Source: Minisyncoccota bacterium (GTDB lineage Bacteria > Patescibacteriota > Minisyncoccia > UBA6257 > JAGOQP01). From it: a stretch of DNA of 64,000 nt. The notes under the pieces were generated by a model, which saw only the letters and a program-made list of their open reading frames with translations, did no database searches and was not told the origin of the DNA. The stretch lies in assembly GCA_041674185.1 (NCBI GenBank), contig JBAYWE010000002.1, positions 2,233-66,232 on the forward strand, given 5' to 3'. Both the position numbers and the translations under genes were made by a program. The number at the start of each line of letters is the position of its first letter. The first letter of the stretch is position 1. Shown here in pieces: positions 30,372 to 38,892 of this stretch.

Positions 30372-30974
30372 ATGCTTAAGGGTATGTTAAAAAGACAAAA
30401 CAAAATAGAGATTTATCAGGTAGCCCAAAAAGCGGGATGGAAAACTCCAAACACTTTAATTTGGAGAGAGCCCGCACAAAAAATGAGACCTGAATTTGTA
30501 AAGCGATTATATAAAGAAAACGAGACAGTGTGCGAATTAGATTTTTCAGGAATTGAGACGGCAGATGGTTCTTTTATTGATGAGTTTCTTGTGACTGAAT
30601 TAAAAAGCATGGACGCTGGTAAGGTAAGTAAAAAAGCAATTTATCTTTCCAATCTGAATGATGTTGTTTTATACAACGTCGAATTAGTCTTTACAAAAAA
30701 GCGTCCAGCTGGAGAAAAATTTTATATGATGTTTCGTAAAGCAGATGGAACTTGGGAACTGTTTTCAGAAGGAATTGAAGCATCATTAAAAGAAACATTA
30801 GAGTATATAATGATAAAAAAAGAACTAACCTCTAACGATGTTTCTAAGAAATTTAACATCAGTGTTCCGGCTGCTTCGGTAAGATTGAAAAACTTATTTG
30901 ATATGAGAATCGTAGACAGGAAAGACGAAACAACATCGACAGGAAAGGAATTTGTGTATGAATCTCTCTTTTGA
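30372..30974 (+). CDS. STAS-like (DUF4325-type) plus winged-helix protein
   Basis: LDFSGIETADGSFIDE; C-terminal TSNDVSKKFNISVPAASVRLKNL. Confidence 0.7.
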   Translation: MLKGMLKRQNKIEIYQVAQKAGWKTPNTLIWREPAQKMRPEFVKRLYKENETVCELDFSGIETADGSFIDEFLVTELKSMDAGKVSKKAIYLSNLNDVVLYNVELVFTKKRPAGEKFYMMFRKADGTWELFSEGIEASLKETLEYIMIKKELTSNDVSKKFNISVPAASVRLKNLFDMRIVDRKDETTSTGKEFVYESLF

Positions 30975-31099
30975 TTTTTTTTGCCCTACTCTTAAGTATA
31001 ATTTGCTTAAGAGGTATTGGAAAATTTTTTACATAGCAGTTAAGCAAAAATAGCTTATAGGTAATTCACTTAATAATCATAAAAGAAAGGAGAAATCCG

Positions 31100-31627
31100 A
31101 TGAACGATTCAAATGAAGTAAACAAAAATCAAAATGAACAGAAAACTCATCCTGATCATTTGAAAAAAGAAATTGATGAGCTTGAACAAAAAGCTGAGAA
31201 GCTCGAAGAGGTAGCAGACCAATTTGAGAATGATGCTGAAAAACTTCATGAAGAAGCACACAAACTTGAAGAGAAGGCAGAGCAGCTTGAGAAAAAAGCA
31301 CATCAACTGGAAAAGGAAGCTGATAAACTTGAAGATAGAGCAGAAGAGCTCGAAGAAAAAGTTGAGCAGCTAGAGCATGAAGAAGAGCATAAGGAATTTA
31401 CTATTTCTGTGAATGGGAGAATGAAAACCGTTCAGGGTAAAACAATTTCGTATGATCAAATTGTTTTTCTTGCCTCTGGAAACCCAAATCCTGATCCAAA
31501 TATTATTTATACCATTAATTACAGTAAGGGTCCCAAACAAAATCCTAAGGGCTCAATGTCACAAGGCGATATTGTTAAACTAAAAGAAGGAATGATATTC
31601 AATGCTACCCCAAGTAATAAGTCTTAG
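31100..31627 (+). CDS. Ubiquitin-like (multiubiquitin-domain) protein with N-terminal coiled coil
   Basis: Heptad repeats (AEKLEEK-like), then FTISVNGR...ISYDQIV...YTINY...VKLKEGMIFN. Confidence 0.78.
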   Translation: MNDSNEVNKNQNEQKTHPDHLKKEIDELEQKAEKLEEVADQFENDAEKLHEEAHKLEEKAEQLEKKAHQLEKEADKLEDRAEELEEKVEQLEHEEEHKEFTISVNGRMKTVQGKTISYDQIVFLASGNPNPDPNIIYTINYSKGPKQNPKGSMSQGDIVKLKEGMIFNATPSNKS

Positions 31628-32777
31628 TCCCGACCTTAAACAATTGTGGGATGAAGGTTTTGAATTAGAGGTCAAACATGGCTATCTATTAGTGCACAAT
31701 GTCCCCTATGTTACTTCCTCAAAACAAATTAAAAGTGGAACCCTCGTGTCAACACTTGATCTTGCGGGCGAAGTAACCAATAACCCTCAAACACACGTAA
31801 TCTATTTTATTGGAGAATACCCATGTCAAAAGGATGGTTCGCCCATCCTTGCGATTCAGCATCAAAACGGAGATCAGAATCTCGGGAACAAAATTGTCGT
31901 GAATTATTCGTTCTCGAATAAACCGGCGAATGGGTATCCAAACTATTATGAAAAAATAAAACGCTACTTCGAAATTATTTCGAACCACGCAAAATCACTT
32001 AATCCTGATGTTGAAGTAAAAAAATATGAGGTTCATCTTACTGAAGATGAGGAATCTGTATTTCATTACTCAGACACAAATTCGAGTAGAGCAAAGATTA
32101 ATGCGCTACAAGAAAAACTGGAATCACAAAAAATCGTTATTGTCGGTTTAGGAGGAACCGGATCGTATATTTTAGATTTGGTTGCAAAAACTCCTGTTAA
32201 AGAAATACATCTGTTTGACGGTGATGAATTTCTACAACATAATGCATTCCGTTCTCCTGGTGCACCATCACTCGAAAAACTTCGAGAGCGAAAAAAGAAA
32301 GTAGATTATTTTGCTGAGGTATACTCAAGGATGCACAAGGGAATCATTCCCCATGCAGAATTTATCAGCAGTGAAAACATCAATCAATTACTTGACAGTC
32401 ATTTTGTATTTCTTGCAATCGATGGTAGTCAGATAAAAAAGGAATTGATTGAATTTTGCATGAACAACAAAATTCCTTTTGTTGATGTGGGAATGGGTTT
32501 ACAGCTTGCAGATAATGAACTGGTAGGCATTGTGCGAGTCACCACAGGGCTACTCTCTAAAACAGATCATCTTGAAAAAAGAATTTCTTTTTCGGATGAA
32601 TCTGAAAACGCTTATGCAAGCAATATTCAAATAGCGGATTTGAATTCATTAAATGCGGCGTTGGCAGTCATCAAATGGAAAAAGATATTTTCTTACTATC
32701 AAGATTTAGGAAAGGAATGCAATAGTAACTATGCGATAAACACAGGAGAATTATTCAATGAAGACTTTGTCGTATGA
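31602..32777 (+). CDS. ThiF/E1-like adenylyltransferase with N-terminal E2-like (DUF6791-type) domain
   Basis: IVGLGGTGS, LFDGD...HNAFR, VDVGMG; N-domain has HVIYFIGEYPC. Confidence 0.82.
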   Translation: MLPQVISLSPDLKQLWDEGFELEVKHGYLLVHNVPYVTSSKQIKSGTLVSTLDLAGEVTNNPQTHVIYFIGEYPCQKDGSPILAIQHQNGDQNLGNKIVVNYSFSNKPANGYPNYYEKIKRYFEIISNHAKSLNPDVEVKKYEVHLTEDEESVFHYSDTNSSRAKINALQEKLESQKIVIVGLGGTGSYILDLVAKTPVKEIHLFDGDEFLQHNAFRSPGAPSLEKLRERKKKVDYFAEVYSRMHKGIIPHAEFISSENINQLLDSHFVFLAIDGSQIKKELIEFCMNNKIPFVDVGMGLQLADNELVGIVRVTTGLLSKTDHLEKRISFSDESENAYASNIQIADLNSLNAALAVIKWKKIFSYYQDLGKECNSNYAINTGELFNEDFVV

Positions 32778-33120
32778 GTTTGTGGAATATATTCCAGACC
32801 AAATTGAAGAGGGTAAACTGTATGTTTCAATTCCTAATTGTGTGGCGATTCATAAATGTTGCTGTGGATGCCATACCGAAGTAGTTACTCCTCTATCCCC
32901 TGATGATTGGAGATTAATTTTTGATGGAGAATCTATTTCGTTATATCCCTCAATTGGTAATTGGCAATTTGCCTGTAAGTCCCACTACTGGATTAAGAAT
33001 AATACAGTTGAATGGGCTAAATCATGGGATGATACAATGGCTGAGAAGAATAGTAGTAAAAAATCTAATAAAAAAATGTTCTCGAAATTTTTAAAACATT
33101 TTTCTAAAAGAAAAAAATAA
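32758..33120 (+). CDS. DUF6527-like protein
   Basis: HKCCCGC, SLYPSIGNW, CKSHYWI. Confidence 0.78.
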   Translation: MKTLSYEFVEYIPDQIEEGKLYVSIPNCVAIHKCCCGCHTEVVTPLSPDDWRLIFDGESISLYPSIGNWQFACKSHYWIKNNTVEWAKSWDDTMAEKNSSKKSNKKMFSKFLKHFSKRKK

Positions 33121-33191
33121 AACAAACGTTCTTCACAATTAATTTAATTCATTTTACTAATCGGTTATACCATGATGAACAGTATAACCGA

Positions 33192-35147
33192 TTAAATATC
33201 ATCAGTTTTTGTAGAACTTGATTGTGGCTTGTTAGATAAATCACGTAGAGTCTTTCGCCAGAAAAACACTTGATCCTTCTTAACTCTTAAATACTTCGTA
33301 GAATTCTTTTCTATTCGACCCAAAGTTGATGGATCCACTCCTAATTTCAATGCCATTTCTTTCTGGCTTAAGCCACGAATCTTTCTATAAGAGATCAGTT
33401 TTTCACCCAGTGTCTTATTAGGAAAAACTTCTGGAGTATATCCTAAAAACTCTATGATTTTGGGTATGTACTTAACCGTAGGATTACTCAGATTCTTTTC
33501 CCAGTTATAGATACTGGTTTCTTCGACACCTATAATACAGGCAACATCCTTCTGAAATAGATTTTGCTCTAGTCTCCGTTTTCTTATATGTTCCCCTAAG
33601 GATTGTGGATTTTTAGGAATATTTGATGGTTTTTGAGCTGTTAGTACCAACTTGCAGATTGGCAACGCAGGTATGAAGTTGTGTTGCCTTTCTGTCATCA
33701 ATTTCTCCCCAGCGGAAGCATACTGAAGCTGTATAGAAACCTCATTTTGTCCAATATTGATTCTTTCTGTAATAGTCTCAATAATCTTACGTTTTTCATC
33801 AGAATTAAATGTTTCCCACCGATTATATAGATCCTTCGCTTCGCGAAGTATTTCATCACTAGAAAGAAACTGAATCTTGAGAAAGTCTATTTCAGCTTGT
33901 AACTCCGGAATCTGATTCTCCATTTGAGAGTACTGCTCATCAAGCGGTTTGTAGTAGGTACCAAATCCATCTTTGGGTAACTCCCCTGCCATATGGAGTT
34001 GTACCAATTTGTCCATATCAGATTTTATCTTGGATTGTTTTTTAAGCAGGGTGGAGAGTAGTTCTTCTTTCTCTCTAATAGATTGATCGGCGGTGTTGAG
34101 GTACTGCACCATCTCAGTTGGAGAAAGTAAAAAACTTTTTAGTTGTTCATGGAAAATTGATTCCAGATCAGACGTTCCAATTTTGTTATGACATTTCTGA
34201 CAAGTGTATTTGGGTGAGTTGGATGGAACATACATCTTCGTATCACATTCACAAAATACAAACCCGGTAAATAGATGGACTGCTTTTTTAGCTGGCTTAT
34301 GATTACTTTTTTGTTGCTCATCTAAAATCGCGTTGCATTGATTCCATATATCCTCAGAAACGATTGGTTCTATTTCTATAAATACCCAATCTGAGGGGGG
34401 CTTTAATTCCCATTTTTTATTTTCTCCTAAGCTCTTGGTATAGTTTGCACGCCTTACTCCTTTTGCACTTGGGTCTTGCAGTAAACGAGTTACGGTCGTA
34501 TCACTGAACTTAGAACCATTGCGTGTTCGATACCCTGATTCATTCAGAATACGGGCAACAGTTTTTTTACGTTGATGTTCAATGAATAATTCATAGAGCA
34601 GTTTTCTGATCGGAGCTTCTTTAAGATCGGGAATTAATTTTTTATCAAGCCACTGATATCCAAAGGGTGCTTGGCCTCCTAACGGCTTTCCCATTTTTGC
34701 TCGAACTGGAACTGATGCAGCAACTCGTTCAGCAATTTCTTCCCGTTCCCACTGAGCCATCGCCGCAATCATCGTATAAAATAATCTTCCCGCCGGAGTT
34801 GAGGTATCAATCGATTCTTGTAGAGAAATAAGATCGGCATTGTACTTTCTAAATATCTCTGCAAATTCTAAAAGTTCTTTTGTGTTTCTTGCTAAGCGAG
34901 CAAGTTTAGAAAATATAATTCCTGTAATTTTTCCTGACTTGATATCTGAAAGCATCCGTTGGGTTTCGGGATGTTCCATGACTGACTTACCACTAACGGC
35001 TTCAAGCTTATATACTTCTTTTATATCCCACTCTTTTGATTCTGCATAATAACGAGCGCGTCTCTCATGGTGTTCGGGGCTTTCTCCTTTAACCTGATCT
35101 TCAGTTGAAACACGAATCCAAATACCTATTGATTTATTTTCACCCAT
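33192..35147 (-). CDS. Large serine recombinase 2 fused to two XRE HTH domains
   Basis: WIRVST, LARLARN, recombinase domain, zinc ribbon, coiled coil; after QHNFIPALPIC come LGEHIRKRRL...YNWE and LGEKLISYRKIRGLSQKEMA HTHs. Confidence 0.9.
   Translation of the reverse strand: MGENKSIGIWIRVSTEDQVKGESPEHHERRARYYAESKEWDIKEVYKLEAVSGKSVMEHPETQRMLSDIKSGKITGIIFSKLARLARNTKELLEFAEIFRKYNADLISLQESIDTSTPAGRLFYTMIAAMAQWEREEIAERVAASVPVRAKMGKPLGGQAPFGYQWLDKKLIPDLKEAPIRKLLYELFIEHQRKKTVARILNESGYRTRNGSKFSDTTVTRLLQDPSAKGVRRANYTKSLGENKKWELKPPSDWVFIEIEPIVSEDIWNQCNAILDEQQKSNHKPAKKAVHLFTGFVFCECDTKMYVPSNSPKYTCQKCHNKIGTSDLESIFHEQLKSFLLSPTEMVQYLNTADQSIREKEELLSTLLKKQSKIKSDMDKLVQLHMAGELPKDGFGTYYKPLDEQYSQMENQIPELQAEIDFLKIQFLSSDEILREAKDLYNRWETFNSDEKRKIIETITERINIGQNEVSIQLQYASAGEKLMTERQHNFIPALPICKLVLTAQKPSNIPKNPQSLGEHIRKRRLEQNLFQKDVACIIGVEETSIYNWEKNLSNPTVKYIPKIIEFLGYTPEVFPNKTLGEKLISYRKIRGLSQKEMALKLGVDPSTLGRIEKNSTKYLRVKKDQVFFWRKTLRDLSNKPQSSSTKTDDI
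33661..33688. other. Candidate attP-like inverted repeat inside recombinase 2
   Basis: GGCAACGCA-10 bp-TGTGTTGCC (8/9 inverted match) exactly at the recombinase/HTH junction, with outer CAGA/TCTG symmetry. Confidence 0.5.
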
Positions 35148-35250
35148 TTCATTTCCTCATAATTCATTGCAACAAAAAATCTCGTTACATAATCAAGTTA
35201 TTATTTTTTTGTAAAACAAAAAAGGAGATGTTTAGCATCCCCCTTTTTCT

Positions 35251-35478
35251 TTACGCATTGCCGACACGCTTAAAAGATGAATTTGCTTTTTCTTTATAAT
35301 GAGAAGAGGAAACAAGATTAATCTCATGGAGAGAGTAATCAGATGGAATTTTATTCTCCATTTCTGAAATAGTTTTATGTAGCAATTGATTCACCAGTCG
35401 TGTCATCGGTATGCGTTTTTGTTTTGCGATTGGATAGAGTTTGGTAATCAACTCCTCCGAAATTTTTGGACTATACAT
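35251..35478 (-). CDS. Small putative DNA-binding (ribbon-helix-helix-like) protein
   Basis: MYSPKISEELITKLYPIAKQKRIPMTRLVNQLL; upstream of recombinase 2. Confidence 0.65.
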   Translation of the reverse strand: MYSPKISEELITKLYPIAKQKRIPMTRLVNQLLHKTISEMENKIPSDYSLHEINLVSSSHYKEKANSSFKRVGNA

Positions 35479-35552
35479 AATGATGGTCCCTTATTCTGTT
35501 ATCAAAGAACTATCTAAAGCTTACGAGAGATAAAAAAATAAATAAGAAGTGA

Positions 35553-36605
35553 TTATTTGTCTAAGTCAGCAAAAACGTGTGAATATTTTTCCCAGATGTT
35601 TCTACTAATATGCCATGCATGTGCATGCTTTGCATATCCATACCATGAAGCACGTGATGTTTGTATTTTCTGAGCAGTAATTTTTTTCTTTAGTAGTTGT
35701 ATTACATATTTCTTAATACGCCGTTTGCATCGTTTGATCGTCGAGGTGCGTAATCGGATATAATGAGGAAAGAGTATATATCCCAAAAAGGGAACACCCG
35801 TCGTGATAGGTGATATAAATACTTTATGGGGATGTATCGTTAAAAGTAAGCGTTCTGTTAAAAATGTCTGCATGGCATCGCGTATATCATGTAATCTTTG
35901 TTTGTCCTCAGAGCAAATTACAATATCATCCATATAGCGGATATAGTACCGACAATACAATCGTTCTTTCGCATAGTGATCAAGTTCATTGAGGTAGATA
36001 TTAGCAAATAATTGACTGGTCAGATTGCCAATAGGTATACCCTTTTTTCTTCCCCCTTTGTTTGAATCATAACTACTATCAATAATGAGTCTCAGAAGAT
36101 TGCGTATATCCACATCATCAATTACGCGAATTAACAGTGCATATAAAATTTCATGATCAATACTTTGAAAATATTTAGAAATATCTAGTTTAAGAAAATA
36201 CGCCCTGCGCGTATATCCATGACTCACCCCATACATAAATTTTTTCAATCGTCGAATAGCACGGTGTGTTCCTTTTTGTTTTCTACACACATACGAATCA
36301 TAAATGAATCGCTTTTCAAAGAGAGGTTCAATATGTGCACACACCACATGATGCACAATACGATCACTAAAGGGAGCGGCACGAATTAATCGTTTCTTAG
36401 AATCACACACGATAAATTCTCGATACGTGCCGTGATAATATGTTTTGGTAGAAAGCGCATGTAATAAGTATCCCAAATTATATTCAAGACATTGTTCAAA
36501 TCTCACTACACAGCGTTTCTGTCGTCGCAATTTTCGCGCACGACAATACGCATAATAGAGTTCAGAAAAGGAACAAAGCGATTGATACATATCATAGATA
36601 TCCAC
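35553..36605 (-). CDS. DGR reverse transcriptase
   Basis: KKRLIRAAPFSDRIVHH, KGTH, LDISKYFQSIDH, GIPIGNLTSQLFANIYL (SQ motif of DGR RTs), YIRYMDD, FLGY. Confidence 0.96.
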   Translation of the reverse strand: MDIYDMYQSLCSFSELYYAYCRARKLRRQKRCVVRFEQCLEYNLGYLLHALSTKTYYHGTYREFIVCDSKKRLIRAAPFSDRIVHHVVCAHIEPLFEKRFIYDSYVCRKQKGTHRAIRRLKKFMYGVSHGYTRRAYFLKLDISKYFQSIDHEILYALLIRVIDDVDIRNLLRLIIDSSYDSNKGGRKKGIPIGNLTSQLFANIYLNELDHYAKERLYCRYYIRYMDDIVICSEDKQRLHDIRDAMQTFLTERLLLTIHPHKVFISPITTGVPFLGYILFPHYIRLRTSTIKRCKRRIKKYVIQLLKKKITAQKIQTSRASWYGYAKHAHAWHISRNIWEKYSHVFADLDK

Positions 36606-36784
36606 GGGCGCATGGCTTTCCTCGTACAGAGAATTCTATACGAGGAAATCTTATAGCAAACATGTTGCGATAAGTATATGCGCATATATTCCCTTGCGGG
36701 ACAGAACAAAGCCAGTAGTCATCATGACACAGTTGTATATTCCGTAGAATATATATTCGGGCCACTTATAAAAATAATGATGTA

Positions 36785-36900
36785 TACCGAGCGCACCGGA
36801 ATCCAATGTTGTTGTTCGTATTGCCTGGGGTATTGTTCAGATTGAGTGTCTCTACACCAGCGTTCGTGTCATTGTTCCAATTCCCACCACGAAGGAAGCC
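36785..36900 (-). ncRNA. DGR template repeat (TR)
   Basis: 116-bp ungapped match to 37390-37505; rich in AAC/AAT codons (would read GFLRGGNWNNDTNAGVETLNLNNTPGNTNNNIGFRCAR). Confidence 0.96.
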
Positions 36901-36973
36901 CGCCTTCATTCCGGTTTTAAATGCGGCATTATCCTGCTTCTGATAATAGATAATTCATACGATCAGAAGCATA

Positions 36974-37309
36974 TTATAAAAATCGTTTGGTAAGTCCTTG
37001 CCAGATACGTCCAAGTTCATTTAGTTTTTCCGCACTTACACCATACTGTCGTATAGAAATAAAACGTAAATCTTTTGCGAGGCGCATATATAATTGCAAC
37101 GTATCAAAATGTAAGCTGATAGATGCGATGCATTCTTTTTTTGTTTTTGATATTTGAAATCGCATCATGGTTTGTAATAACGCGAGGCATTCCGATTCAA
37201 TATGTTGTCCTAATACAAATCGCTGGTTTTTAGGAAACTTGCCGACGAGCGGAAATACCCACACAAAGTATGCATACGCTTTTTGAAACAACAATAAATC
37301 TTCAATCAT
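36974..37309 (-). CDS. avd: DGR accessory variability determinant
   Basis: 111-aa four-helix-bundle pattern (KFPKNQRFVLGQHI, LYMRLAKDLRFIS, ELGRIWQG) between target and TR. Confidence 0.9.
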   Translation of the reverse strand: MIEDLLLFQKAYAYFVWVFPLVGKFPKNQRFVLGQHIESECLALLQTMMRFQISKTKKECIASISLHFDTLQLYMRLAKDLRFISIRQYGVSAEKLNELGRIWQGLTKRFL

Positions 37310-37364
37310 ATGATGATCGTAAAAAATGCGGGGATAGATTTTTAGATAGCTAGATTGCTACGGT

Positions 37365-37385
37365 TCATTTCGCTATGCGAAATGA
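37365..37385. promoter_or_regulatory. DGR target-recognition hairpin downstream of VR
   Basis: TCATTTCGC-TAT-GCGAAATGA, 9-bp stem with 3-nt loop, 3 bp past the target stop; absent after TR. Confidence 0.8.
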
Positions 37386-37388
37386 TGA

Positions 37389-38804
37389 CTACCGAGCGCA
37401 CCGGAACCCAACGGCGTTGCCCGTACTGCCAGGGGCACCGTACAGAAGGAGTGTCTCTACACCAGCGTGCGTGCCATCGCCCCAACCCCCACCACGAAGG
37501 AAGCCGTACACAGTGGCATTGCTTGATCCATCAGAATAGATACGACCGATTCCTTGAGTAGCACTCCATGCGCTATTATAGGGACCAGCAGTTTGTTGAG
37601 TCATAGTTCCCCATGTGGTAATAGCAGTAAATTCTCTCCAGTTAAAACCAGGAGTGGAACCCGTAGGTTGATTCGTTCCTGTAATAGTGTCATTCGTCCA
37701 CTCCCACACATTTCCTGCTATGTCCCATAACACACTGCCATTAGAAAGCGTGTGAGTGCGGAGATGGGTGAAATCGGTATAACCGGTGCCGTATTGAGAA
37801 GAACCATCCTGAGCAGCAGATGAGTTTGAGTTGCCTCTTCCTAGGTAATTGGTACCCACAACTCCGCCATACCAGTTGATGGGTTGTTGTTGTATGTTCC
37901 AAGCGATAGTTTGCCATTCTGCATTGGTAATGAGATGTGCGCCAATAGATGCGCAATATGTTGCGGCTGTAGTTTGAGAAATGTTTGCAATCGGATAGCC
38001 AGCAGACGTAGAGGCAGGGGTAAGCGGAGAAACACAGGGAGTCGTATTATTTGCGTAGGTGTTATATCCCGTGTTGGGTGTAGTTAGAGGCGTATTACCA
38101 GAAACACACTTGGCTTCGTATTGCATGACATAGAAATCTGAGGTACCAAAGGTTGTATTACCAGGAACTTTAGCCCAACCAGAGGGAAAGACACCTTGTG
38201 CTAACGTAAGATCAGTACCAGCTTCAAAGGCAGTAGCACTAGTACCTCCATCCGCTTGTGCTCTCGGTATGTATTTAACTGATTCTGCAACAGCAGTTAC
38301 TTCATAGGTTTGAGCTGAGGGATTGGGAACATACGTATAATATAATCCCGTGGATGAGGAGTTGGTCGGATCAATAGGAAGTTTGGAAAGATTTTGAATT
38401 CCCGAAGCAGTGAAGTCTATGGGAATCCACCCAGTCCCATTGGTGAGAGTGGATGATGCAGTAGGAACACATTTATATCCATATCCCGAAGGGAGTGCGG
38501 GAAGTCCCCAACTTGCACAGGTAGCAGAGGTATCAGGCAATGAAACATACACCGTTGAAGCAGTACCTAAAGAAACCTGAGGATTTTGGGTGAGTAATAA
38601 CTGTATAGTTTTATGCATAGATGCCACATCGGTCATACGAGTAGAATCTCTTCCTTGTCTGAGAAGTTCGGTAGGATTGAGAACAATGACTACTGCGGCA
38701 GTTAAAATAGCTAAGATACCAATGACGATAAGAAGCTCAATAAGTGTAAATGCTTTCTTCAAAGGAGAAGGCTTAAAACAAAAGCCGGTGCGTTTAGTAT
38801 TCAT
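37389..38804 (-). CDS. DGR target: type IV pilin fused to FGE-sulfatase/C-type-lectin-fold domain
   Basis: KKA-FTLIELLIVIGILAIL prepilin motif; later FYVMQYEA, HLITNAEW, WDIAGNVWEW, LRGG-W...GFRCAR. Confidence 0.93.
   Translation of the reverse strand: MNTKRTGFCFKPSPLKKAFTLIELLIVIGILAILTAAVVIVLNPTELLRQGRDSTRMTDVASMHKTIQLLLTQNPQVSLGTASTVYVSLPDTSATCASWGLPALPSGYGYKCVPTASSTLTNGTGWIPIDFTASGIQNLSKLPIDPTNSSSTGLYYTYVPNPSAQTYEVTAVAESVKYIPRAQADGGTSATAFEAGTDLTLAQGVFPSGWAKVPGNTTFGTSDFYVMQYEAKCVSGNTPLTTPNTGYNTYANNTTPCVSPLTPASTSAGYPIANISQTTAATYCASIGAHLITNAEWQTIAWNIQQQPINWYGGVVGTNYLGRGNSNSSAAQDGSSQYGTGYTDFTHLRTHTLSNGSVLWDIAGNVWEWTNDTITGTNQPTGSTPGFNWREFTAITTWGTMTQQTAGPYNSAWSATQGIGRIYSDGSSNATVYGFLRGGGWGDGTHAGVETLLLYGAPGSTGNAVGFRCAR
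37390..37505 (-). repeat. DGR variable repeat (VR)
   Basis: Last 38 codons of the target gene; 21 differences from TR, all at TR adenines on the coding strand. Confidence 0.96.
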
Positions 38805-38892
38805 AATGACAACTTGGTATCAGTATACACCTTTTTGAAAATCAGTAAAAGTGGATAAATGCACTCTCAAAGTCTCGCTCGATTTCTCACGA

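Larger units (their letters stand above)
35553..38804 (-). mobile_element. Diversity-generating retroelement (target-avd-TR-RT)
   Basis: All four components present in the Bordetella BPP-1 order; adenine-specific TR/VR mismatches. Confidence 0.97.

Noticed and set aside
31170-31380. 21-bp periodic DNA repeat as a non-coding array
   Set aside because: Explained by coiled-coil heptads in the ubiquitin-like protein; degenerate at third codon positions.
35553-36605. RT as group II intron, retron or Abi RT
   Set aside because: The SQ motif, adjacent avd and adenine-specific TR/VR pair identify a DGR; no maturase or endonuclease extension.
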